DNA from: Octopus sinensis | Taxonomy: Eukaryota | Assembly (NCBI RefSeq): GCF_006345805.1 | Contig: NW_021836131.1 | Span: 280,694 to 344,693, forward strand | Length of the DNA: 64,000 nt | Direction: 5' to 3' | Translations under genes and position numbers: made by a program | Shown: in pieces, positions 13,000 to 26,160 of the stretch | How the letters are laid out: the number at the start of each line of letters is the position of its first letter | How positions within the stretch are numbered: position 1 is the stretch's first letter | The notes under the pieces: model-generated | Seen by the model: only the letters and a program-made list of their open reading frames with translations | Told to the model about the DNA's origin: nothing | Database searches by the model: none

Positions 13000-14520
13000 C
13001 AATCTTACTTATCGTAGAGACTTTTGTGTAGACAATGAATAATCTCACTAACATCACTCTTTTAAAAGCGCATCCAATTTGATGCTCTAATACAGCGGTT
13101 CCCAACCGGGGGTGCGAGCAAAAATTTAGGGGTGCGAGATTTTATGCAGACTGGAACAGCACTTTTAAATAAATCTGGTGGAACTAATATTAGCGGCAAT
13201 GCAATATTTGGAATCCACGAATTTACTCAGATGCTGGCTTATTTTATCGACATTTTTACTTACATGAATAAATTTGAGTTTATCTCTTCGAGATACAGAT
13301 GTTATCATACTCAAATGCCACGAAAATGCTGCATTCAAAAATAAATTATCTCTTTGGCTTCGACGAATAGAAACATACAATCTCACGAATTTCCCAACCT
13401 TAGAAAAGATGGTTGACAATTTAATTTGGATTTTAGTCCATTTTCGTATAATCTGAAAATTATGTCAGATGATCATGAACTCAAAGAGGATCTGATTGAT
13501 TTTCGAACAAATAAAGCACTTAAAATAGAGTTTCACAACTGTACATTCCAGCAGTTTTGGAGTAATGAAAATGTATCCAAAATTATTTCAAAAGGCTTTG
13601 TATGAAATTATTCCATTTAAACGACATACTTATGCGAGTCGGATTCAGCTCTCTTTTGGCAATTAAAACTAAATACAGAAATCGCCTGAATCCTGAACAT
13701 TGTATTGTGATTAGCAAAAAATGCCAAGATTTGACAAAATCATTGAAAATAAACAAGAACAAAGAAGCCATTAATTGATTGCTTTTGTTCTTGTGTTACT
13801 GTATACTTTTGTTAATTTAAACTTTATTTTGTTTAATGTTAAATTGTTAATTTTTTCGATTTACAAACCTGGCGGTGCGAGAGTTTGTAAAAAATATTTA
13901 GGGGTGCGAGCTCTAAAAAGGTTAGGAACCCCTGCTCTAATAAAATGCTTTCAAGGGTTTTCTTTAGTACAATAGATTGAATTTGTGCTTTTGAATATAT
14001 CCACATCCAAAACATCCATATATGACTTGTAGAAGTTACTTATTATCCAAACACCCAAGTCAAAACAATAGAAATAATTTTAACTTTCTCGTTGTATTAT
14101 TTGAGACAACTCTCAGTGAGAAGGTCGTGTTTATGAAGTTTTTCTACCTCGACCATCTTTAGAATCTCCTAAAAAGTGATTCCAACCTTTACTAAAGTAA
14201 TCTCACTATCCTTTTATCCAAAACAAATATGTCCGGCTTGTTATGTTTTACTCTGATATACGTCATTAACGTCGTATCGATTCAAATCTCAACATTCTCA
14301 GTTGTTACTACTGAATGAGTCTTCAGTTTCTTTGAATATGTGATATCTACGACACAAGTTTTAAATTAAAACATCTCACCACCTCATTATGACTTTGAAT
14401 TTCATTACTATTTAACATCTCATTGTATCTCGTCGCCAAATGATCGACTGTTTTTTGGACAGATTCACAATAATTGCGATTCGATCTTTTTTTAAAGAAC
14501 AAATTTCGGTGGCTAAACAA
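13000..14520 (-). mobile_element. Decayed R4/Dong-type RLE non-LTR retrotransposon 3' half, interrupted by a hAT element
   Basis: Motifs CESVQKTVDHLATR, HNEVVRC, HNKPDIFVLDK, KVGIT, IISIVLTW and IQSIVLKKTLESI, reading through the hAT TSD. Confidence 0.7.
13093..13934 (+). mobile_element. Internally deleted hAT/Buster (ZBED5/SCAND3-like) transposon
   Basis: TIRs CAGCGGTTCCCAACC / GGTTAGGAACCCCTG; exact 8-bp TSD CTCTAATA (13085-92, 13935-42; nnnTAnnn); fragments LAYFIDIF and TYLCESGFSSLLAIKTKYRNRLN (hAT dimerisation domain). Confidence 0.92.
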
Positions 14521-14633
14521 CTTGCCTCAAAAATCAGTCTTTGATTAAAAATTCTTCCGTAGCTGTTTTCAGGTATCTGAGGATATAAATTAAGAGGTTG
14601 GCTCCAATTCGCTTAGTTACGTAATATTGTTTA

Positions 14634-15075
14634 TTGGTTGAACTGGTGACGCGGTTCTTAAAACAAATGTCTTTTTCGCACGTTTCGAATAATGAGTTCA
14701 CTTTGGCGTCATTCAATGTCCGAGGTTTAAAAGAAGAGCAGAAAAGGGAGGATTTGACACATGATTTAAAATCATATAAGGTCACCATATGCAGCATACA
14801 GGAGACTAAAGTGAGGGATGCAGCTGAGGAGAATTACAGAGAGTATAGACTGCTAAACTCCGAATGTAACCACTACGGACTTGGCTTTGCTATACATCGT
14901 TGTCTTAATGGGAGAGTCCACAGAGTGTGGAGGATCAGAATACCAGTACTTCAGATAAAAAGTGGTAAGTCGGATAAGGATAGGATACGAAAATATTTCG
15001 TGCTGTTCGCTTAGCACCCCGATGGAGACGCCTGGTGAACAAGATTTCTGAACGTGCGGCACAAAAGGGACCTTA
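14634..15075 (+). mobile_element. AP-endonuclease N-terminal fragment of an RTE-like LINE
   Basis: FTLASFNVRGLK...ICSIQETK...GLGFAI. Confidence 0.7.
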
Positions 15076-15357
15076 GCTAATTTAACATTTCTTTGGTTCT
15101 GTGTACGTGCTATTAATAATAATACGTCATACTGTGAATCTCATTTTCTGAACGACTTCTGGGTAGAATTCAATTGCCTGGAAATTTATGTTTTGCTTGA
15201 TCTTTTACTCGACTGAAAAAGGTCACAAACAAACAAGTACTTTTAATTTATTGTCGACAAGATGACCTTCGAATACCACTAAATTATTATTATTTTTTAA
15301 AATAAATTAAAAAGGTAATTAATATATGATAAATTGTTATTTTTGTTATGACGTTAA

Positions 15358-16310
15358 ATGGATCCCTCTATTGCTGATTTATCTAAAGAAGAAAGGTTTT
15401 ATATGTCTTAAAGCATAAATAAAGATTATTTGTGTACGTCTGTGAATACCTTTGTCATTTTGGCGTCGAACATATAGCCCATATGCTAAGAGAAGAAGTT
15501 GATTTATTATATTCATGTTAAATAGCTCAAATACGAAAAGCCTATGCATGTTGGAACATCTCCAGGAGTGTTAATGAACTGGTGGACGTTAGAATTACAA
15601 TAAATTTAATTTTAGTGTTTTTTGGCAAATATTCTTAGGCACAACTCCTGAAGATGTTAAATCAAACATCCGACGTGAACAATCCCCACATCTACCTGTT
15701 AATATTATTTTATATAATCAATTTAGAATAGTCCAATGATACGCCACTACGGTCATCCCCAACGTTTTCAATCTTACGGACAGCCGTGAGTTATTAAATA
15801 ATTTTTCCAGAATAAATAACTTTCCTGGAGGATATCCGCCAGGGATGCTCGGAGATCCAAGAATGCAGCAACGTTTTATACATGAAAGTCATAGAATGAT
15901 GCATCCAAATCGTATGATGGTCAGTATATTTATAAAATGATAAAAAATAGAATCCTCGACTTCCTGGTGGTTATATGATGGGGGATATGAGAGGTATGGG
16001 GAATCCCTCTATGTACGGTCGGCCTAGAATGACGGTTTTGTTGTATTTTATATATTGTAGTCTCCTCGTCAATTCTCTCAATTCGACGAGGCATTGCATG
16101 GTAGCTTTGTTCCGACGAATAATTCGCTCAATAATGTGGATTGTTTGGTTGTATTATTTATAGCATCCTATGATGCCTCGTTACAATGAAATGAACCCAA
16201 AGATGAGACAGGGGATGTATTTGGCTGCATCCTCTACAGGAAATGAACCTTCTAATAATCCTCAAGAACAAAAGGTTTTGAATCAAGTTGGTGAACATAT
16301 AGGGATCTGA
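15358..16310 (+). CDS. SSBP3: Single-stranded DNA-binding protein SSBP2/3/4 (Ssdp) homologue, LisH/LUFS + Pro/Gly/Met-rich tail, 9 exons
   Basis: Spliced EERLFVYVCEYLCHFGVEHIAHMLREELKYEKPMHVGTSPGVLMNWWTVFWQIF matches the Ssdp LUFS domain; eight 25-31 nt introns keep the frame. Confidence 0.85.
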
Positions 16311-16587
16311 TAATTTGTTTTCTAATGACTCTTTTTATAACTAAACTTGTATTTAATTGTCAATTTTATTTATTTGGTTTTTTCTGTTGAATTTGTGTTA
16401 TAGTTTACGTTTTAAGTAAAAAGTAATATAATTTTTTGAAAATAGAGTTAGAAATTCAAATAAACATTTATTTTATATTCTACAATTGGATATTAACAGA
16501 GTATAAATAAAGGTAACGTTCTATTCTTAGAAAACATGAAAAGGTTAGGGGTGTTAATTTGACGATACAATTGCTAAACTGGTGTTA

Positions 16588-16850
16588 CTAACAGACATGC
16601 TCTTCTGAGATTCTTACAATAGGATTGCATGTATTTATAGATCTCTTTTTTATTGTAGCAATCTCATAATTAACCCAATCACTCAAACTAGGGCTAAATG
16701 TTAGTTTAAGTTTGTAACGGGGAGTCTGTTCTAACTTTGTGACGATATTCTGGTACTGCTTAGAGAAATACCTGTCTTCTAGTCCAAATAGAAGATTTGG
16801 AATGAAAACTGTTTGATACAAAAATTTATAAATTTTCGGATCCAAGTAAA
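16588..16850 (-). mobile_element. Non-LTR RT C-terminal remnant
   Basis: KFLYQTVFIPNLLFGLE motif typical of the post-RT region. Confidence 0.4.
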
Positions 16851-18967
16851 AACTTCTGATTTGTAATATTTTTAAAAATGTAATCATTCTAGTATAATTT
16901 TTTTTTTTTTTTTTAGAACAACTAACAATTAACACCGAAAATAGTTAAGTTCCAGCGGCGAGGACGCAGTGTGCGTTGCCCCGAACAATGGCCAGGCCGA
17001 TGCGCTGGCGGAACCAGAGGCTCTCTCTCGAGTCCTTGAGCCTCCTCCCGATGGACTGCCCGACCTTTTTGAGGAACGAGTCAGTCTCCTTTCCTGCAAC
17101 TCCAGCGGTCTCCAGGGCGATTGCCGTAACGCGGTAGCGGTCCGCGAGCGAAGAATATTTGTGTATTTTGATCTTTTCGGCGTGGTTTGCAGCCGAACAA
17201 GGGTTTGCCGCAGAAGAATGGATCCTCGATTTCGAAAAGGTATCCACAACGGTGACATCCCATACGAGGGCCTTCCCCGACGAGTACGGGAATATTGTCA
17301 TCCCGTCAGGCCTTTTGCCATCTCCCCGATCGAGTCCGACCGGTTCGAGGAGGCACGAATGGCCCGCCATTTCGAGACCGGCCTTTACGATTTCATTGAG
17401 GGCCTTGTGTCTGTGTTCCCTGCCTGCGCTCCTCTTGCAGGAAAGTGGGTGCAGTCCCTTTTCGTCAACGTCCTCACCGCATCTGCAGCGGTGTTTTGCA
17501 CAAACATCCAGGCCGAGACGGTGAGCCACTCCGATGCGTATGGCAGCATCGTCTAGCCACGTCCCGATGCTGGAGAGAGGAAGAGCATTCAGCCAGCTGC
17601 CAGAGTGAGGGGCGGATGCCGCACGAAGGCATGCCAGGCGGTGTTGATCAAGGGTTGCCGAGAGCTCAGACACACGCGCTCGGCATGCGATAGAGTCCCA
17701 GGCACGTTGGGAGGAGAAATCTTCGGGCCTCTCAGAAAAGGAGCGATCCCAGGTAGCGAGCCCATCCGAAAAAGCACCATCCAGGCAAGATCCGAAAGAG
17801 TTGAGTAGGATCTCAGAGGCCAGGTTGTTGCACATCGAAAGGGAGGATAGATATGCCGGAAGTGCCACATCGGATGCAGTGCGGATTCCCGCACCTCCGA
17901 ATCTCAATGGGAGCGAGCATTGGGCCCATCCAGGACCATCGAGGTGTACATTGAGGACGGATTCGGCAGTCTTTTTCAGGATTACGTCGTATGCGGCGAG
18001 TAGGTCCATATGCAGGAAGCAGGGATTGCTCCTGAGGGTGAAATGAGTTTCGGCATGTGAATGCTGTTCTTCAAGAGGAAAAAGGCAGTGTGCGAGGACA
18101 AGATAGAAAGGTTTGTAGAAAGTCTTTGGAAGTGTTCGGCTTTGGCGGAAAGCATGCATTGGAGCTTCGTGTAGGACAGGGATCCACCGAGAAAGGTGAA
18201 TCATCGATTGGGGTAACGTTCTAGTATAATTCTTATAAAACACGGAAAAATTTCAAATTTACGTTTGCCTAGCTCAAAAATTATGTGAATTATTAGAAAT
18301 AAATATACAAATATCAACTTATCAAGTTTGAAATGTGGATTTTCTGAGAGCTGAGAATAATCAACAAATCCCTATAAAAATGGAGTCTCATCATTTGTTC
18401 ACTCCAAAGGCTCAATACTCCGTTAAGCAATTAAATAGTTAATTAGGTTTTTATTAATAAAGGATAAATCGAGTTAGTGTGAAAATCATGCAACTTTCAT
18501 CATCGTACATGATTATATTCAGCATAATTAACTTCATGATAACGGTCGTCTAAATAGAAATTGTGTTTTTCTATCTTACTTCGAGGTTTTTTTTTCGGAG
18601 ATATATTCGGTCTCTAACAATTAAAAAATCAATAAATACTAAATTTTGTTACTCGAGGAACAGCTATTTCATTTCCTGTCTATAAAATTAGTAATTAATT
18701 TTCAGACTATCCGATAGGACGCATCATCCATTGATATATGAGACTGGTAGGTTTTAAAAATAAAAACACAAATGAATATGGCGAATAAACACATAATTTA
18801 TTATTTGATAAAAAATTTACTTAAATACTCCAATGTATGTACTAAATTTTGAACTTTAGTTTTCATTTATTTTTAAAGCACCTTTGACATTCTTTAGATA
18901 AAGTACATTATCGAAAAAACTAGTTTTTTATTGATACAGCTGATTTTAACCATTTAATTATAAACTA
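16850..18967 (+). repeat. Diverged partial copy of the 1.87-kb repeat unit, interrupted by a CRE insertion
   Basis: Collinear with array units (CTCATTCTACTATAATTCTTATAAAACACGG...GAGACTGGTAGG...CTGATTTTAACC). Confidence 0.85.
16900..18218 (-). mobile_element. 5'-truncated CRE-like retrotransposon (1.32 kb)
   Basis: ORF with LPLRFGGAGIR, SGSWLNALP, CRCG..HPLSC, KRPDG, IVRGNA; poly(A) at 16900-16914; 13-bp TSD TTCTAGTATAATT (16887-99, 18219-31). Confidence 0.93.
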
Positions 18968-20130
18968 AAGTAAACTCTCTCTAATTTGCCATTTTTGATT
19001 CCTGGCGAAATCGTGGCCAATTTTAGAAATGGCAGATTTCAGAATAAAAGTTTTATTTAAATTTCTAATTAATTTATTTAAAAATAATTAAACTATTTAA
19101 ATTAATAAATTGTATTTTTGTTGGAAATATTATTATTACCAAGGAATTAAAAAAAATTAAATTTTATTAAAGTAATATTCAATTCCCAATTGCCTCTTTT
19201 TAGAATTTTTAATATTTCCTTTATATCTTCTTATTGCAGTAATGAATTCCGCATCATTGTCATTTTCAATGTTTTCTAGAAGGCTATTTTCAATCTCTCT
19301 TAATTTGTAATGCATTTCAGCCTTTCTTAATGATTTATGCACTTCTACACGACCCGATTCTTCTTGTTTCTCAATAGAAATTAATTTCTCCTCATCATCA
19401 ATTGCCTCCTTTCACTGTAATCTATTGAAATAAATTCTTCTATTCCAATTGGATCATAAATATCTGTTTTGCTTACAATGTCAGCTGGTATATTTTTGTT
19501 AAGAAGTTGTAATTCACATTCTGTACATTTTAGACGTTTGAAACAGTTTAAAATCGTTTGAGATTCCACATCTTCCCATGCCATCTTTACAAACAATGCA
19601 GTATCTCTAAGAGTTAACTTTTTATACGATTCATAGACTGAGTATTTCTCACATTCCAATATATATCCGTTAAATAAAGTAATTTGTGTCTTGTAAAATG
19701 TACTTTGAACGTTTTTATAATGCCCAGATTTATTGGCTGAATATGCCTTGTACTGTATTTTGGAATAAACATTATTTTAATATTTTCCAAATAAAGAGGC
19801 TGCCAATGGTATGGGTAATTATTTATTAATAACAAAAATAATCTATTTTCAATTTTCAATAAATTGTCAAAATTCGTAATCCAATTCGCAAAAATTGATG
19901 CTGTCATCTAAGCCCATTCAATTGTAATAAGAAATAAAGGAACTATAATTATAATTCTTGAAACATTTGAGGAATTTTGGTTTCGATCAATGGTGGTTTT
20001 AACTTATGTGTTCCTGACATATTGGCGCGAAATTTTTATATCCGTCAAATACTCCGAGATGGAATCAATTTATAGAATATTCCTGTCTCATCCAAATTGT
20101 AAATATTTAGTCCCACCTGTGCAACACCCA
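18968..20130 (-). mobile_element. Tigger/pogo (CENP-B-like DDE_1) transposon, 3' half
   Basis: IYNLDETGIFYK, MTASIFANWI, IQPINLGIIKTFK, FVKMAWEDV; terminus TA-(C/A)AGTAAACTCTC. Confidence 0.88.
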
Positions 20131-21300
20131 AAACAATTTTAGCAACGAGTCCGCTTAATTTTTCTCGGTTAAACGCTGTGAGTCTCAATCCGTCCAAATC
20201 ATCACCGTTCTTGAGATAGTATCTGATTCGGGCGAGGTTTGCTTTCAGAACGACAGGTAACGTAGTGCGTAGGCGTCCCCGGAACCGTGGTTTGTTGCAT
20301 TGGAAGTAATCCTCCATCACCGTATTTTCGGGTGCGGAGTGGTCCATTCGCAGTATATGTTAAAATAGCTTCCAGTGGGATTCAGCACTGTCATTACAGT
20401 GTTTCAATTGTCCTCTGTGGAAACTGTTAAGACGTGTCAGTTCCGTATCTGTGCAACCCCAAGTGTAGGAGTTATACATTGTAGAGCTTTGTCCTCAGTT
20501 GAACATTCGCCGATCCATGTGATAGCCATTCTTTCCAGAGTTTGTGCATTGCTGCAGATACCAGCATTTTTCTTTCTGCAATATCCTCACTGTCTCCCGA
20601 AAGGGAGCCAAGTTTTTTTACATGACGCATCTTTCATCGATTTTGTCATTTGATATTGTTAATTCCACAATATCAGTTTTTTTGTTAACATAAAGAAACC
20701 ATTTGGTTAATTTATCTAAACCAACTATGAATGGCGGAAAAGTATTTGCCGACATGCTCTTTTATTCAGGATGATCAATGCAAGTACTTATCGAAGAGAG
20801 TTTAGAAGAATGACCGGCCGTAGGTTCTCGAAAGGGCCCTTCGGTTTATGTGATTTTTGAATTGGAGTTAGAGTACCGTTCCCTACGGTTAGAGAATAAT
20901 TTGATGTGAACATATCGTTCAGAAATTTAGCAATCATTTCACATAGTGCATATGGCTCGTATTTTAGTAGTTTAGTGTTGATGTTATCGGGTCACGGCGT
21001 TTGATTATTTTGCAATTTTAAATCGCTGACTGCATTTCTTTAATTTGTTTGAATCGATGAAACGAGCTCGGGCTCCCAGAAAAATATAATTTGACAAAAA
21101 TGTCGCAATCTTGAGTTAAGAATATTTATTGACACCTGTTCCGAGCCGAGTTTGTTGTTGTTCTTAGGAAGTGTATATTTTGAATTTTCCTTTGCTGGTT
21201 TCAATGAAATTGGTTTAGGTTGTTAACTTTTAACCTAGCAATTTCCCATGCCGACGCATTATATATCAAACGTGGGACAAAGAATGTGTTATATAATCTA
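20130..21300 (-). mobile_element. Fragmented RTE-like LINE(s) inserted in the Tigger
   Basis: PDNINTKLLKY, KPKGPFENLRPVILLNSLR, LIYNASAW, FRGRLRTTLPVVL. Confidence 0.65.
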
Positions 21301-21454
21301 AGTTTTTTTTATAGTTAATTTTTGTGCCTTTTCCCGGTTTTATCGTGAGTGCATTCAAAGCGAATGATTTTTATGTATTGCTTTTTATATTGGTTAACTA
21401 GTGGTTAACCTCCTCACAACGATGCAGGTCTTTCGTAGCTAGATGACTCAAAAC

Positions 21455-22819
21455 TACCGAAGACCTTTGCTTAACGAGGCTGTCAAGCCTTATAGATTAA
21501 GTCATCATTTAAGAAAGGTTCATAGTTGTTTTTTATGAAAATATAGGTTTATCCAAATAAATCTAACCAGACGCTTGAGTTTTTTAAGGACTACCCACAA
21601 AACACAAAAATTAACAAAAATTGGCATACATTTACTTTGTATATATTTACTTTTGATCATAAAAGGAATGATGATGGTCTTATTGCATCATATAATATGC
21701 TTTACTCATCGCTAAATCTGGTAAACCCCACACAATTGGCAAACAACTTCTAATTCCATCAATTCGCGAGTACTGACAACGGTTATGGATCAACCCCATC
21801 AGAATATCATTAAGTCGATTCACTGAGTAACAACACGGTACAGAGACGTATTGGATAGGGCGGATATTCTTGAAAAATATTCTGTGTTTGAAGCATAGTA
21901 ATAAAGGAAATTATACTTAACGCAGAAAACATCCAAAAAGAACTCATTTGTAAAACTTTTAAAAATGTACTCATTCTACTATAATTCTTATAAAACACGG
22001 AAAATTTACAAAATTTCAAATTTACGTTTGTCTAGCTCAAAAATTATGTGAATTATTAGATATAAATATATAAATATCAACTTATTAAGCTTGAATGTGA
22101 ATTTTCTGAGAGCTGAGAATAATCAACAAATCCCTGATAAAAACTCATACATGATAACTATTAAAAAAATTTCAAACAGATTTCTGTCTGTGTTGTTTGA
22201 GCAGAAGGAGGAATAAGCAGGGAAAAAATGCATGGAGTCTCATCCTTTGTTCACTCCAAAAGCTCAATACTCCGTCAAGCAATTAAATAGTTAATTAGTT
22301 TTTTTATTAATAAAGGATAAACCGAGTTAGTATAAAAATCATGCAACTTTCATCATGGTACATGTAAATTTTCATCATAATTAAATTCATGATAAGGGTG
22401 GTCTAAATAGAAATTGTGTTTTCTATCTTACTTTGAGGTCTTTTTCTGATGATAAATTCGGTCTCTAACAATTAAAAAATCAATAAATACTAAATTTGTT
22501 TATTCGAGGAACAGCTATTTCCTCTCCTGTCTATAAAATTAGTAATTAATTTTCAGACTATCCGATAGAGCGCATCATCTATTGATATATGAGACTGTAG
22601 GTTTTAAAAATAAAAACACAAATGAATATGGCGAATAAAAACACATAATTTATATTTGATAAAAAATTTACTTAAATACTCCAATGTATGTACTAAATTT
22701 TGAACTTTAGTTTTCATTTATTTTTAAAGTACCTTTGACATTCTTTAGATAAGGTACATTATCGAAAAAACTAGTTTTTTTATTGATACAGCTGATTTTA
22801 ACCATTTAATTATAAAGTA
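21455..22819 (+). repeat. Diverged copy of the 1.87-kb repeat unit
   Basis: Collinear from the Buster fragment (GCTAAATCTGGTAAACCCCAC) through the gene-fragment part, ending at a Tigger insertion. Confidence 0.88.
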
Positions 22820-23512
22820 CAGTAAACTCTCTTTAATTTGCCATTTTGATTCCTGGCAAAATTGTGGCCAATTTTAGAAATGGCAGATTTCAGAATAAAA
22901 TTTTTATTTAAATTTCTAATTAATTATTTAAAAATAATTAAACTATTAAATTAATAAATTGTATTTTTGTTGGAAATTTTATTATTAACCAAGGAATTAA
23001 AAAAATTAAATTTTATTAAAGTAATATTCAATTCCCAATTGCCTCTTTTTAGAATTTTTAATATTTTCTTTATATCTTCTTATTGAAGTAATGAATTCCG
23101 CATCATTGTCATTTTCAATGTTTTCTAGAAGGCTATTTTCAATCTCTCTTAATTTGTAAAGCATTTCAGCCTTGCTTAATGATTTATGCACTTCTACACA
23201 ACCCGATTCTTCTTGTTCCTCAATAGAAATTAATTTCTCCTCATCATCAATTGCCTCCTTTTCACTGTAATCTATTGAAATAAATTCTTCTATTTCAATT
23301 GGATCATAAATATCTGTTTTGCTTACAATGTCAGCTGGTATATTTATGTTAAGAAGTTGTGATTCACATTCTGTACATTTTAGACGTTTGAAACAGTTTG
23401 AAATCGTTTGAGATTTCACATCTTCCCATGCCATCTTTACAAACAATACAGTATCTCTAAGAGTTAACTTTTTATACGATTCATAGACTGAGTATTTCTC
23501 ACATTCCAATAA
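22820..23512 (-). mobile_element. Second Tigger 3' end (segment ~21990-23510 duplicates ~18240-19660)
   Basis: TA-CAGTAAACTCTC terminus; ORF 23006-23509 nearly identical to the 19157-19659 translations. Confidence 0.88.
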
Positions 23513-24479
23513 TATTCTTAGGAAACAGAGGCTGCTATGGACCTCTTTCTGTTCTCGGAAATTAAAGTAGGTAAGTAGGTTTTGGGTTTTCGTCGGTTGT
23601 CTTGGTAAAACTCTAAGAGAAAGCAGATTTGTCCAAAGAAATGGTGAATTGCTTACTTCTACACCACTGTTTGATTATGTTCAGATTGGCAGAGAGGTGT
23701 CGTTTAGATAAAAGTGGGTCTTTTGAGATGTCTAGAATTAACCTGAATTAACATAGTCTGAATTAAGTAGAATTTCTGTCCGAAGGTCTACGGACATAAG
23801 CTCTTTCATCTTTATACCCCAATCTCACTCGATTTTCAAAACGAATAAAAAGGTTTCGACCGTAAAATTGTGAAAACATCAATCGCATTACTATGAATTC
23901 TAAATTTTAAAAATCGACGAATTTTATTTTCAGGACTGCTAGAGTTTTCAAAGACTAAAATGCTTACAAAGAGGGTGATGTGATTTTTTCATCTTTTTAT
24001 AAAAAAATGGATCATCTGCCATTTTTGTCCCTAAAATTACATTTATGTCAAATCTAATTAACAATAATCTCATTTGTCGAATCTAAATAAATTGATAAAA
24101 GCGTCAAAGTTATTTTTCATGACTTTATCTTGATATATTCATTTAATCAAGTATAAATAGAGCTTTCCTTTTTTAATTCTCAATTTATGTTATTATAGAA
24201 ACTCTTAATCTATATGAGATAAGGCACACGAACCTCTGTAGAACTTTTGCGCTCAAAACACCCACATCTTAGTAAATGAAACTCTGTCACAGTAGTATTT
24301 TAGCTTATGAAAAAATAAGTTTTCATTTATTTGCACAATAACAGATGAACCACCTATTAAAACTGGATTAGATTCAAAGTATTATTTTATTTTGTTTTTA
24401 AAAATATCATAAAACTTCATTAACGTTTATCTGAAAAAAGAAGATTCATTACTAATATCAGTACATTTTAAAGTTTTAA

Positions 24480-24860
24480 AAATAAGTTAGTTGTTTTCCC
24501 CCATTTTAACGGAGCAATTATTATCTTTTAAGATCATTTTTCGCCAAATCTGAAGCAATGTGGTCGATTCGTTCTTTATCCACATATATCTTCATATATA
24601 TTACTATCCATCAATAAGATAGTTACTTTGAGGTGCGACTAGCTTATTATACGGTTTCTAACAGAACTATAAGATCGACACTCGGTCTTAACGTACACCC
24701 ATGTTGTATTCTCCCTCTGAAGGGTCATCAAATGTCTTTTAGGGGATTTCTTTTCTTTCGGAAACCTTCGAGCCTTCTGGAGAAAGAAAATGACTTCAGT
24801 TAATAGTGTGATTGTCGGTAGTCCTTCAATTTTGAATATTTTCCCATGACAACTGTATCA
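24480..24860 (-). mobile_element. Possible piggyBac-like transposase remnant (partly repeated at 50400-50500)
   Basis: EYNMGV..D motif; shared ~100-bp block CTTTTAAGATCATTTTTCGCCAAATCT at 24525 and 50410. Confidence 0.3.
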
Positions 24861-25139
24861 CTAATCCCCATAAGTCGGTCAAAAATTCAAGATTTTATTT
24901 AAAAAAATATAATATTTACAAATTCGGCATTTTTTTATTTTTGGATCTAATAATTTATCTGGAGCCTTATTTTGTAATGGACGAAATTCAAATACCCTCA
25001 TTTATTAGTTTGGTTCCTCAGTATAATAAGAAAGTTTTCAAAAAATCTTAGTTGCACATAAAATTAATCTGTTTTATTTTTACAAGTTCCAGGCAGTTGC
25101 TGACATAACGTTTAAATGTATAAAAAATCCACGAGTATC

Positions 25140-25590
25140 GACGACAAATTTATGTCTAAATCGATGGCTTGCACCAATGCCCATATCTGATGAGGAAAAT
25201 TCACATTTTGATATCTACGTCACCTATTCTTAAGCTGACGCCTAACTCCGTACTCAATAAATCTTTTCCTGACGTTCACTGTTCTGAATTGCTTCTCGAC
25301 CGTCCGGCTCACACAAACTTGGCTCGTTTCCGTTCTGATCATCACTCCTCATTAAACCACTATGCACACAAAATGGACATCTCGATCTCCTCCTATTGTC
25401 CCATTTGCCGTGTTGACGAGCACACAACTGCCCATCTATTCCGCTGTCCTGGTTTTCTTTCGGTTCGTAAAAAATTTGCCATTCACTCCCCGGAGGTCCT
25501 ATGGGAGAACCTGGGAGGGCGCTGTGTTTCTGCAAGCTGCTGGTCTCATAACTTAATGTGAGATCGGGTTATGCAACAACAAGAAAGAAA
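25140..25590 (+). mobile_element. 3' end of a non-LTR retrotransposon (I/Ingi-like CCHC)
   Basis: LARFRSDHHSSLNHY...CPIC...HTTAHLFRCP followed by a short CAA/GAAA tail. Confidence 0.7.
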
Positions 25591-26160
25591 GTTACAATCA
25601 TCTCGCTGCTTGTGCCATACCCCGTAAGATTTTGTCTATTAGACACCTCCACGCTCTTCTCGAGATTGCGATTTTTCGGATACTGTCAAGATCGTCTGTA
25701 TTTTCTAGTAGCAATCCGACATGTTTAAGGTCGTTATTTAAGATTAGTGGTAGCGTTGTCCGTAGCCTGTTACGAAAAATCCCAGAGCATTAAAAGTATG
25801 TTTCCATGATGTCATTAGCAGGAACTAAGGGATCCATCCGTACTATGGGATCATAGAGTCCCCAACGGCTCTTAGTGATAGTTGCATCTAATTGTTCTAT
25901 TTTGAAAAAGGAGTATAGGTCTTGGTTCTTTATCTTCATTGGATAGTGTATTTTTAGTAATGACCTAAATTGTTTTCTGTGGAAAGCATTGAGATTTTCT
26001 ACACATTACAGATTCTGGCCCTATGTTCCTGAGTTGTATAGTAAAATGGGCAGAATGAAAGCATTGTACAAACGTACTTTTACGGGATTTGAGAGATGCG
26101 TGTAGCTTAGCTATGTCGATTTAAGTCTCTTCAGTGGTAATGTTGACAGTATCTTTCTTC
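25590..26160 (-). mobile_element. RTE-like LINE 3' fragment
   Basis: VKVRLYNAFILPILLYNSGT...LNAFHRKQ...RLRTTLP; homologous to 20130-20630. Confidence 0.7.

Noticed and set aside
16929-18046. Long antisense/overlapping ORFs in CRE and Jockey elements (also 5303-5866, 43403-43999, 45248-45877)
   Set aside because: Expected shadow ORFs of GC-rich coding DNA, with no recognisable domains.
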